DNA from: Candidatus Xenobia bacterium
GTDB taxonomy: Bacteria > Vulcanimicrobiota > Xenobia > Xenobiales > QWHO01
Assembly: GCA_045863235.1 (NCBI GenBank)
Contig: BTUM01000075.1
Coordinates: 1-38,933 of the forward strand
Reading direction: 5' to 3'
Length of the DNA stretch: 38,933 bases
The notes below the pieces were generated by a model. The model saw only the letters and a program-made list of their open reading frames with translations, ran no database searches and had not been told where the DNA came from. Positions 23,930-32,121 of this stretch are shown here, piece after piece. The translations under genes were made by a program, and so were the position numbers. Each line of letters opens with the position of its first letter. Positions within the stretch are counted from its first letter, which is position 1.

Positions 23930-26900
23930 TTGCGTACCCAACCGCTTCACGTGGGCGAGAGCTTCGTCTTTCTCACGCCCCAGAACGAGCCCGGCCTGGC
24001 CTGGATGGAACGGCCCATCGTGGCGTCGCGCGTCAACCGACCCGTCGCCCTGGGCGGAACGGTGATCGCGGCCGCCGATCTGCCCACCCTGGACCTCGCC
24101 ATTCTGACCAGCGATAAAGCCCTCTACGCGGCCAACCAGGAGCCGGTGCACGTGCTGGCCTACGATCCGATCTTTCCGGACAAGAAATCGGCCACTCTGT
24201 ACAAAGACTCGATGCTGGTGCGCGAGGTGGCGGTGGAGCCGGACGGGCTGGGGGCGGCCCACCTGGTGCTCACGGGGCTGGACGCGGGGCAGTACCAGCT
24301 GTTCTGGAAGAACACCCAGGTCGCTTTCCAGGTCGCCACCTATAAGCTGGCCCCGCTGGTCGCCTCGGTGGCCCACCAGGAAGCCCGCGGCGCGGCCCTG
24401 CACCTGACCCTGGAGTTGACCAGCTACGGCAGCCCGTTCGAGGGCGCCGTCCGCGTGACGCTGCCCGAGCGGAGCGCCGAGGGGATGTGCCGCCAGGGCA
24501 AACTGGACCTGAGTGTGCCGCTGTCCGGCTCGAAGACCATCGTGCTGGAGCTGCAGTCGCTGGACGACCCGAGCCTCACCGCCAGCCTGCCCCTGGTGGC
24601 AACGGCCCCGAGCGAGCGCAAGGAATCGGTGCTGGCGCGGCTGGGCCACCGGCTCACGGCTACCCTGCTCCCAAGCGCGGGAAGCCGCCCCGTGCGCGGC
24701 CTCTTCCTGAGCCAGGGCGAGCCCGAGGACTCCCCCCTGAAGCTCGAGAGCCTGGACGGCCGGCGGCTGCGGCTCACCGCCACGCGCACCCTGGACTGCC
24801 TGAGAGCGGTGGTGGTGGACCCGACCAGCACCGCTCCCTACCGGCCCGAGGAGCCGAGCGCGCGGGCCCGACTGGCCTCGCTCCTGGTGGCCGAGGGGCG
24901 GCGGGAAGCGGCCCTGGCCGTGCTGGCCGAGGCCGAATGTTGTCACGAGCTGCACCTGCGGGGCAGCCTTCAGCCAGATGCCGAGCTCGCCCGCCGGGAC
25001 CTCCTGGCCTCGCTCTCCTGCGGCCCTCCCGGCGAGCTTGCCGCTCCCGGGCTGGAACGCCTGCTGCATCCGATTCGGGAGACAACCGTGCAGCGGCTCG
25101 AGGCGGGGCAGTGCCTGGAGCTGGAGCTGCCCGCTCCGCTGGCCGTGGTCTGCCTGGGAGCTTTCCTGGATGGCAGCCCCTGGGAGACTCGCGCCATCCT
25201 GCCCGTGGCCACGCCCGAGCTGGTCCGGGTGACCCTGCCTCAGAACGTCGTGCCCCACCAGCCCTGCGAGCTGGTGCTGGAAGGCCCCGCCCAGGCAGCC
25301 TACGTGGTTCTCAAGGATGCCCGGCTGCTCACCACCAGCACGCCCTCCAGCGCCCTGGCGGCCTGCCTCAAGCTCTACCCACGGCAGCGCGGGACCCCCG
25401 CCCGCCCGACGCCCCCGCCCGCCAGCCGACCGATGGTCGTCGCCAGCCCCGCCTGGTCGGAAGAGGCGGGGCGGGCACTGGTGGCGGAGCAAACGATCAC
25501 CGAGCGCCAGCTGGCCAGGGCGATCGAGCTGTCGGAGCGCACCGGCTCCTCGGTGGGATCGGCCCTGCTCGCGCTGGGTTTCGTCAGCGCCCACGACCTG
25601 TGCGAGGTCATCTCCCGGCAGATCGGCGCACCCTTCGTGCGCCTGGAGCCGGGCTCGCTCGATCCGGAGCTGACGCGCGCCATTCCCGAGCACCTCGCCC
25701 ACCGCTACATCGTGGTGCCGATCGGGCAGAACGACAATCGGCTCACCCTGGCCATGGCCGATCCCCTGAACGTCATCGCCGTCGACGACATCCGCCTCAT
25801 CACGGGCTTTGAGATCGATCCCGTGCTGGCCGCCGAGTCCGACATCCGGGCCGCGCTGGAGTCGGCCTTCGGCGTGACCGACCTGGTGGAGGTGGAAGAG
25901 ACCGTCAAGGACATCTCGGCCCAGGACTTCGGGTCGATCGATGCCGATGAGGTCATCGTGATGGACAAGCTGCGCTCGGACTTCGGCGAGGCGCCGGCCC
26001 GGCGCCCCGCCACGAACCTCGAGAAGAGCCCCCAGACCGTCTTCGCCGGGCTGGTTCCCGTGCCGGGCCGCCTGGAGGTCGTGCCCGGCACTCAGGAGCT
26101 GGTGCTGGAGGTACTGGGCCTGGGCCCGCTGGACTGGAGCTTTGAAACCGCCCGCCTGCAGCCGCGCAAGTCGCCCCACGTGGAACTGGAGGTGCCCGCG
26201 TTCGTCCACAGCCCCGACGTCGCCATGGGACGGGTGGCCGTGGTGGCCGGCCAGGGCGAGCTGGTGCTGACCCACGACGGCCAGGAGGTCCTTCGCCAGG
26301 CCGTCGAGAGCGGGCAGCAGGTCGCCTTCCCCGTCTTTCCGGGCGGCTACGAAGCAAGCCTGGGCTCGGATCGGGCCCGGGCCGAGGTGATGGAGCCCGG
26401 CAACTTCCGGCGCCAGGTCCGAGTGATCCGCTGGCTGCAGCCGGGCGAGACCCTGGAGCCGCCCGAAGGGCTGCTGCACTACCGGGTTTTGCGCAACCTC
26501 TCGGGAACGCTGGGCCAGCTGGTCAGAGCCACGGCTGAATACTCCCACGCCTGCTGCGAGCAGACCTCCACCATCATGCTCTCGGCCGCGGCCCTCTACG
26601 GTCTGTCGGGCAGCGATCCGGGCCAGCGCAGCTGGGCCGAGGGCGTGCTGCGGGCCGGCGTGGAGCGGATCTCCACCATGCACCTTCCGGGGCGTGGCCT
26701 CAAGATCTACCCGAACTACCCCGATATCCCGGACACTTATTGGGGACCGATCGCGGCGCTCAACCTGCGCAGCCTCGAGCTGGTGGAGGGCCTCTCTCAC
26801 ATCACCAGGCGGGCCGTGGCAATCGGGGAGGACGCCGCTCGCGCCTACGGGCTCCAGTGGCCGCCGGACCCTCCCCGCAACGCGCATGAAAGCTATCTGG

Positions 26901-27958
26901 CGGCCCGCCTGGGTCGCCCTGCGCCCCTTTGCAGAGTCGAAAGCGAGGGCGCGGTCCAGCGCCGCACCGAGCAGGCCTGGACGGCGGCTCTGCTGCTGCG
27001 CCAGGGAGAGGACACCGGGCAGGCCATCGCTCTGGCCAACCAGGTCCTGAGCGCCATCCAGGCCGAAGGGCGGCTCTACTCGACCCTGGACTCCCTGGCC
27101 GCCATGGCGCTGGTGCAGGAACTCACGCACCGGACGGCCTCCGGGCGCCTGGAGGTGGGAGGCAAGCTCGTTCTCCTGGAGGAGGCCGAGGGTCTGACCG
27201 GGCCCTGTCGTGTGCTTGACGGTGAGGTGATGGCCGAGCTGACGCTGCTGCGGCGCGAGACCTGGGCCGAGGGGCAGCCCGGCCTGCTCAAGGCCTGGCT
27301 GGAAGAAGAGCAGCTTGGCGCCGGGGACCGCGTGGACCTCAGGTGGCGACTCCCCAACGGTTACGAGACGGGCGACCTGCTCTGGGTCTGCCTGCCGGAC
27401 GCCCTGTCGCGGCTGGTGGGGGGCGGGCAGGTCAAGCTGTTCTCTGTGGACCTGGAGGGGAACGCCCAGGGGCGCCTGGAGCTGGTGGCAACCGGCCCGA
27501 CCCCGGCCGGACCGCAACACTTCCAGGTCTGCCTGCGCAACATGTATCAAGAGGAGCGCATGGGCCCGTCCGAGCTCCTGAGCGTGGAGGTCGCCCCGCC
27601 CGTAAGGACTCAAGGCGCCCGGGGGCCGGTCAACCTGCTGCCTCCCGGCCAGCTCGAAAGCTGGGCCCGCAACGACCAGGCTCTGGAGCTGGCGCGCTCG
27701 CTGCTGGGCCGACTGACAACCGGGCAGTTGGAGCTGTGCAGCGGGCGAGAGCAAGGATGGCTCCGCTGGAGCGAGTCGTCCGAGGCGCGTCCCGGCCAGG
27801 AATGCCTGCAGGCCGGGGCCGCGCTGATGGGGCTGGCCGGACTCGAGCTGCGCACCGATCGCTTCCAGGACGGGGAGCTCGAGCACGAGGGGCGGCGTTA
27901 CTCGCTGCTGGTTCTGCCCGTCGACACGGGTCTGCGCGCCCGGCTGGAGGCCCTTTGA
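23930..27958 (+). CDS. Alpha-2-macroglobulin-like thioester protein with an inserted PilB/GspE N-terminal (MshEN+N1) module and a C-terminal PilB N2-like domain; no signal peptide
   Basis: A2M landmarks occur in order: SDKALY, FQVATYKLAP, VVLKDARLL, RSDFGE, thioester YSHACCEQTS (26552-26563), AGVERISTMHLPGRGLKIYP, LYSTLDS, AGDRVDL...LPDAL and RNMYQEE. PilB-type insert IPEHLAHRYIVVPI...LTLAMADPLNVIAVDDIRLITG. Confidence 0.85.
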   Translation: MRTQPLHVGESFVFLTPQNEPGLAWMERPIVASRVNRPVALGGTVIAAADLPTLDLAILTSDKALYAANQEPVHVLAYDPIFPDKKSATLYKDSMLVREVAVEPDGLGAAHLVLTGLDAGQYQLFWKNTQVAFQVATYKLAPLVASVAHQEARGAALHLTLELTSYGSPFEGAVRVTLPERSAEGMCRQGKLDLSVPLSGSKTIVLELQSLDDPSLTASLPLVATAPSERKESVLARLGHRLTATLLPSAGSRPVRGLFLSQGEPEDSPLKLESLDGRRLRLTATRTLDCLRAVVVDPTSTAPYRPEEPSARARLASLLVAEGRREAALAVLAEAECCHELHLRGSLQPDAELARRDLLASLSCGPPGELAAPGLERLLHPIRETTVQRLEAGQCLELELPAPLAVVCLGAFLDGSPWETRAILPVATPELVRVTLPQNVVPHQPCELVLEGPAQAAYVVLKDARLLTTSTPSSALAACLKLYPRQRGTPARPTPPPASRPMVVASPAWSEEAGRALVAEQTITERQLARAIELSERTGSSVGSALLALGFVSAHDLCEVISRQIGAPFVRLEPGSLDPELTRAIPEHLAHRYIVVPIGQNDNRLTLAMADPLNVIAVDDIRLITGFEIDPVLAAESDIRAALESAFGVTDLVEVEETVKDISAQDFGSIDADEVIVMDKLRSDFGEAPARRPATNLEKSPQTVFAGLVPVPGRLEVVPGTQELVLEVLGLGPLDWSFETARLQPRKSPHVELEVPAFVHSPDVAMGRVAVVAGQGELVLTHDGQEVLRQAVESGQQVAFPVFPGGYEASLGSDRARAEVMEPGNFRRQVRVIRWLQPGETLEPPEGLLHYRVLRNLSGTLGQLVRATAEYSHACCEQTSTIMLSAAALYGLSGSDPGQRSWAEGVLRAGVERISTMHLPGRGLKIYPNYPDIPDTYWGPIAALNLRSLELVEGLSHITRRAVAIGEDAARAYGLQWPPDPPRNAHESYLAARLGRPAPLCRVESEGAVQRRTEQAWTAALLLRQGEDTGQAIALANQVLSAIQAEGRLYSTLDSLAAMALVQELTHRTASGRLEVGGKLVLLEEAEGLTGPCRVLDGEVMAELTLLRRETWAEGQPGLLKAWLEEEQLGAGDRVDLRWRLPNGYETGDLLWVCLPDALSRLVGGGQVKLFSVDLEGNAQGRLELVATGPTPAGPQHFQVCLRNMYQEERMGPSELLSVEVAPPVRTQGARGPVNLLPPGQLESWARNDQALELARSLLGRLTTGQLELCSGREQGWLRWSESSEARPGQECLQAGAALMGLAGLELRTDRFQDGELEHEGRRYSLLVLPVDTGLRARLEAL

Positions 27959-29109
27959 GTCTCCCGCTCGAGGCGCTGCCCGAGGAGGTGTGTCGCAGGC
28001 TGAAGGCCGTACCATTCGGCCAGAAAGGCTCGGAGCTGCTGGTCGCCCTGGCCGATCCGGAGGCCCTGCCCGAGTTGCGGCTGGCCGCCCTCCACAGGGC
28101 CGTGGCTCCCGTGATGGTGCCCCTGTGGGTGGTGGAGGAGCTTCTGGCCGAGGCTGCCTGGCCCGTGGCTCCTCAGTGGCAATCCGAGTTCAACCAGAGG
28201 CTCCCGGCCCAGGTCAAGCTGGGCGCCCCGCTCGTCCCGCGCCCGGCCACTGGGGCCGAACCGGAACCGATCAAGCGCGTGGTCAACCTGATCCTGTCCC
28301 AGGCCTTCAACAACGACGCCGAGGAGATCCAGATCGTCCCGGGCGCGAAAAGCAGCACGGTCTACTACCGTCAGGACGGCTGGTGCCAGGAGGTGATGAG
28401 CCCGCCGCGCTTCATCCACGAAGAGATCATCGAGCAGCTCAAGTCGATGCTCCAGGGCGAGAGCTGGCTCAAGTTCAAAACGGGCCATTCCCTGCACTGC
28501 AAGTTCCTGGATACCGTGGAGGGAGAGATGGCGGTGCTGGAGCCCTCCCGCCGCGTGAAGCTGGACGATTTGGACCTGCCGGACGCGTTCCGCCGCACCC
28601 TCGAGCAACCCGGCGGACTGGTGCTGGTCGAAGCGCCCGAAGGGCACGGGCTGCGGATCACCTTTGGGGCCGTCCTGAGCCACCTGGAGAGGCGCTTTCC
28701 GGTGGGCGTGGCCGCCTGGTCCTGCGGCTGGACCGACACGCCGGTGGCCTTCGCCGCCCGGGGCCAGGCCGAGCTGTTCCGTCGCCTGATGCGCTACGAT
28801 CCGGCCGCCGTCGTGATCGAGGAGGTCACCGACGGGGCCGAGGAGCTGGCCCGGCTGGCTTCCAAACGGCTCGTGGTGGCAGGGATGCGCCCGGGGGCGG
28901 GGACTTTGCCCTGCCTGGGGAAGCTGCAGCAACGCCGGGAGCGGCTCGAGTGCGGCTACTGCGCAGGGCGCGGCTGCGACCGCTGTCGCATGACCGGCAA
29001 GCTGGGCTGGGTCCTGGTGGGGCGCTGGCAGAACGAGGGGGAGACTCTGGAGGAGCGGGTCAGCGCGGCAGGAGCGAGGGGTACTCCAGATTCGGCCGGT
29101 CGTCGCTGA
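27955..29109 (+). CDS. Degenerate GspE/PilB-family pseudo-ATPase
   Basis: TTG 27955 overlaps the upstream stop (TTGA). N1-like AVPFG...LLVALADP and N2 PIKRVVNLILSQA...VYYRQDG are present. Walker A is eroded to GLVLVEAPEGHGLRIT and the Walker B region reads LMRYDPAAVVIEEVTD. The Zn motif CGYC...GCDRC..TG is retained. Confidence 0.8.
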   Translation: MSLPLEALPEEVCRRLKAVPFGQKGSELLVALADPEALPELRLAALHRAVAPVMVPLWVVEELLAEAAWPVAPQWQSEFNQRLPAQVKLGAPLVPRPATGAEPEPIKRVVNLILSQAFNNDAEEIQIVPGAKSSTVYYRQDGWCQEVMSPPRFIHEEIIEQLKSMLQGESWLKFKTGHSLHCKFLDTVEGEMAVLEPSRRVKLDDLDLPDAFRRTLEQPGGLVLVEAPEGHGLRITFGAVLSHLERRFPVGVAAWSCGWTDTPVAFAARGQAELFRRLMRYDPAAVVIEEVTDGAEELARLASKRLVVAGMRPGAGTLPCLGKLQQRRERLECGYCAGRGCDRCRMTGKLGWVLVGRWQNEGETLEERVSAAGARGTPDSAGRR

Positions 29110-29122
29110 GCGTCCCGCAGTT

Positions 29123-30493
29123 TCAACGCGCGGCCGGCAACTCTTCCGAGGAGATGACCGAGGTGGAGGACTCGAGGTCGGCCCGCTCCAGGCGACGCTC
29201 GTAGGCCTTCAGGAAGGGGAACCAGATGGCCGCGCTCAGAGCCAGGTTGACCACCACCAGCAGGAAGGCGCGCAGATCCTGGCAGCTCAAGGTCGCGCCC
29301 AGGAAGCAGGGCAGCACCCAGGGAGCCTCCAGGAACGGCTTGCCTACCAGGCCCCAGGAGATGGCCAGAAAAGCCACCGAGCCGCATACCAGTGGAGCCA
29401 GCACAAAGGGGATGGCAAGCAAGGGATTGGCCACCACCGGCAGCCCGAACAGGAAGGGCTCATTGACGTTGAACAGGGCCGGCACCACCGAGATCTTGCC
29501 GATGCGGCGCAGGTGCGGGTGGCGCATCGTGAAGAGCAGCCAGGTAGGGGAGAGGGTCACGCCCGCTCCGCCGATCCAGATGAACCACTGCCAGAAGGGG
29601 TAGGCGGTGACATACTGCAAGGGCTGGCCGGCTGAGTGCAGGTCGGCGTTGTGCACCAGGAACTGCTGCCAGATGGGCAGCATGACCGCGTTGATCACCG
29701 AGATGCCGTGCACTCCGGCCACGCCGAACAGGTGCAAGAGCAGGTTCACGGCCAGCACGCATCCCAGCGTGTCGCCCAGCCGGGCCAGGAAGCTCGAAGC
29801 GTGCACGATCTGCTTTTGCAGGTCGAAGCCGATGCCATGTACCACCAGGAAGACGACGCTCACCACCAGCAGCATGGGCAGGAAGCTGGCAAAGGCGTCC
29901 ACCACCGACTGGGGAATGCCGCCGGCCGCCTCTTCCTTGGGCTTCTCCTTGCCAGGCCTGAGGATCAGCCGGGAGAGCTCGACCATGAAGATGGCCAGCA
30001 GGATGCCCAGAAAGATGCCCTCGGCTCCCAGACTCTTGAGGGGCACGACCCAGAAGGTGGCTTCCGGCTTGGCCGGGTCGTGCAGGGGATTGCTGGCGGG
30101 CAGGGCCACCCTCGAAGGGGTGCCGGCCACCAGCAGGGCGGCCACCGCCCCCAGCCCCTGGGGCAGGGGAGGGAGGTTGTACTGGCGGGCCAGACAGGTG
30201 GCCACGGTGAAGGCGATGTAGAGGCCCAGCAGGCCCATGGTAAAGAGGTAAGGGATCTTGAGCAGATCTACCTTGCTCAGATACCAGGCGTTGAACCCGC
30301 TGGCCTCGAGGTTGGGAAGCCAGCTGACCTGGCCCGAGAAGTAGGCGCTCAGCACCGGGCCCTGGGCGGCCAGCAACAGGAAGCAACTGCCCACCAGAAT
30401 GATGGGCACCGAGCCGATCATGCCGTCGCGCAGGGCCAGCACGTGGTGCTGTTTTGAGGCTTTTTCCAGGAAGTCGAGAATTTTCTTCCACAT
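29123..30493 (-). CDS. PTS lactose/cellobiose-family IIC permease
   Basis: ALRDGM...P.ILVGS, GVHG, IGGAGVTL and PALFNVNEPFLFGLPVVANP, with multiple TM segments. Confidence 0.93.
   Translation of the reverse strand: MWKKILDFLEKASKQHHVLALRDGMIGSVPIILVGSCFLLLAAQGPVLSAYFSGQVSWLPNLEASGFNAWYLSKVDLLKIPYLFTMGLLGLYIAFTVATCLARQYNLPPLPQGLGAVAALLVAGTPSRVALPASNPLHDPAKPEATFWVVPLKSLGAEGIFLGILLAIFMVELSRLILRPGKEKPKEEAAGGIPQSVVDAFASFLPMLLVVSVVFLVVHGIGFDLQKQIVHASSFLARLGDTLGCVLAVNLLLHLFGVAGVHGISVINAVMLPIWQQFLVHNADLHSAGQPLQYVTAYPFWQWFIWIGGAGVTLSPTWLLFTMRHPHLRRIGKISVVPALFNVNEPFLFGLPVVANPLLAIPFVLAPLVCGSVAFLAISWGLVGKPFLEAPWVLPCFLGATLSCQDLRAFLLVVVNLALSAAIWFPFLKAYERRLERADLESSTSVISSEELPAAR
29132..29168 (+). repeat. 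37-bp direct repeat, right copy (attR-like)
   Basis: Identical to 18893-18929. Lies within the 3' end of the PTS IIC gene. Confidence 0.95.
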
Positions 30494-30604
30494 GGCCGAG
30501 GCCGCTGTTCCGCCCGGGTGGGCGAAACCCTGTCGAACGTTGGCTCCCGCCGAGCTGGCCGCCTCGAAGGGGACCTGACCAGGCGAGCAGAATCAGGCCA
30601 GCCC

Positions 30605-32113
30605 GTGAAGCTCTCGCGCTTGATCCTGATTTTGCTTGTGCTGGTAGGCGGCTGGCTGGCCTATCAGCGCTTCTTCGCGCCCGAAGGGGCGCCCGAGTTC
30701 GAGACCAAGGAGCTCAAGAAGGGCGAGGTGACCGCTCGGGTCACGGCCACCGGCACGCTGGAGGCTCTGACCACCGTGACCGTGGGCTCGCAGGTTTCCG
30801 GCCCGGTGCTGAAGGTGCTGGTCGACTTCAACTCGCCCGTGGAGAAGGGCCAGATTCTGGCCGAGCTCGACCCCTCCGAGTTCCAGGCCCGGGTCTCTCA
30901 GGCCCAGGCCAGCCTGGACGCGGCCACCGCCGCCCTCACCAACCAGGTCGCCAACCTGGCCAACGCCGATGCCGGGGTGGCCCAGGCCGAAGCGCAGCTG
31001 GAAGCTGCCCGGGGTCAGCTCGAGCAGACGCGGGCCCAGGTCGGCCAGGCCGAGGCCGGCGTGGAGTCGGCCGAGGCCGGGGTGCTCAAGGCCCGGGCCG
31101 AGATGGACCTGGCCCTGCTCGAGTACAAGCGCTACGAAGAGCTGGTCAAGCGCGATCTGGTGGCCAAGAGCGAGGTGGACCAGCGCCGCACCGCTTATCG
31201 GGTGGGCGAGGCTGGCTACCAGTCGGCCATGGCGGCGCGCCACGAAGCGCGCTCCACTCTGTCCCAGGCTGGCTCGCGGGTGAGCTCGAGCCAGAGCGAG
31301 GTGAAGGCAGCTCAGACGCGCCTGCAGGCGACCCAGGCCCAGCGGCGGGCGGCCCAGGCCCAGGTAGGCTCGGCCCAGGCTCAGGTGCGCCAGGCCCAGG
31401 CGAATCTGCGCACCGCTCTGGTCGATCTGGATCGAGCGACCATCCGCAGCCCCATCACGGGCACGGTGATCGACCGCAAGATCGACGTGGGCCAGACCGT
31501 GCAGGCCTCCTTTCAGTCGCCCGACCTGTTCAAGATCGCCCGTGACCTGCGCCACATGCAGGTGCAGGTGGAGGTCAGCGAGGCCGACATCGGCTCGCTC
31601 AAGGAAGGCCAGAAGGTGACCTTCAAAGTGGACGCTCACCCCGACAAGACTTTCGAGGGTCGGGTCACCCAGGTGCGGGTGGGCCCGGTGGACGAGGAGG
31701 AGCAACAGGACAAGTCGGTGGTGGTCTACGGGGTGCTGGTCAGCGCTCCCAATCCCGATCTGCTTTTGCGCCCGGGCATGACGGCCAACGTCACCGTGGC
31801 CATCGACACCCACAAGGACGTGCTGCTGGTGCCCACTCTGGCCACCCTCTACTTCCCTTCCCAGGTGCTGGACGAAGAGGAGGAGCCCACCAAGAAGGTG
31901 CGCTTGCAGACCGCCGAACTGCCCAAGCCGGGCCGCCCGGCTACGGTCTGGGTGATGAGCCCGAAGGGGCCGGAGTCTCGTCCCATTCGAGTGGGGATCT
32001 CCGATGGCGAGTTCAGCGAGTACCTGGAGGGAGACCTGAAGGCCGGCGAAAAGGTGATCGTGAGCGAGAAGGCTCCGGGCAAGACCAAGAAACGCGTGAG
32101 GATGTTCTTCTGA
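30605..32113 (+). CDS. Efflux periplasmic adaptor subunit (MacA/HlyD-like) with a long coiled coil
   Basis: VTATGTL...VTVGSQVSG, IRSPITGTVI, GQTVQASFQSPDLF, VSEADIG and LRPGMTANV. N-terminal TM anchor from GTG 30605. Confidence 0.92.
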   Translation: MKLSRLILILLVLVGGWLAYQRFFAPEGAPEFETKELKKGEVTARVTATGTLEALTTVTVGSQVSGPVLKVLVDFNSPVEKGQILAELDPSEFQARVSQAQASLDAATAALTNQVANLANADAGVAQAEAQLEAARGQLEQTRAQVGQAEAGVESAEAGVLKARAEMDLALLEYKRYEELVKRDLVAKSEVDQRRTAYRVGEAGYQSAMAARHEARSTLSQAGSRVSSSQSEVKAAQTRLQATQAQRRAAQAQVGSAQAQVRQAQANLRTALVDLDRATIRSPITGTVIDRKIDVGQTVQASFQSPDLFKIARDLRHMQVQVEVSEADIGSLKEGQKVTFKVDAHPDKTFEGRVTQVRVGPVDEEEQQDKSVVVYGVLVSAPNPDLLLRPGMTANVTVAIDTHKDVLLVPTLATLYFPSQVLDEEEEPTKKVRLQTAELPKPGRPATVWVMSPKGPESRPIRVGISDGEFSEYLEGDLKAGEKVIVSEKAPGKTKKRVRMFF

Positions 32114-32121
32114 GTTTCTGG

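Larger units (their letters stand above)
18893..29168. mobile_element. Putative ~10.2 kb genomic (defence) island bounded by 37-bp direct repeats; no integrase visible
   Basis: Exact terminal repeats lie in the 3' ends of two convergent backbone genes. The interior is rich in gene fragments and restriction-type genes. Confidence 0.65.

Noticed and set aside
16992..27958. A2M as the cognate inhibitor of the neighbouring clostripain lipoprotein
   Set aside because: The peptidase is predicted to be exported while the A2M lacks a signal peptide. The adjacency is explained by the island's insertion site. Not excluded, but unsupported.
23564..28015. 1483-aa minus-strand ORF
   Set aside because: Antisense shadow of the A2M-like gene, typical of high-GC DNA. 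No motifs.
27955..29109. Functional T2SS/type IV pilus locus
   Set aside because: No pilC/gspF, pilins or secretin nearby, and the ATPase motifs are degenerate.
18930..29131. Integrase or transposase for the island
   Set aside because: No tyrosine/serine recombinase or DDE motifs were seen in any listed ORF.
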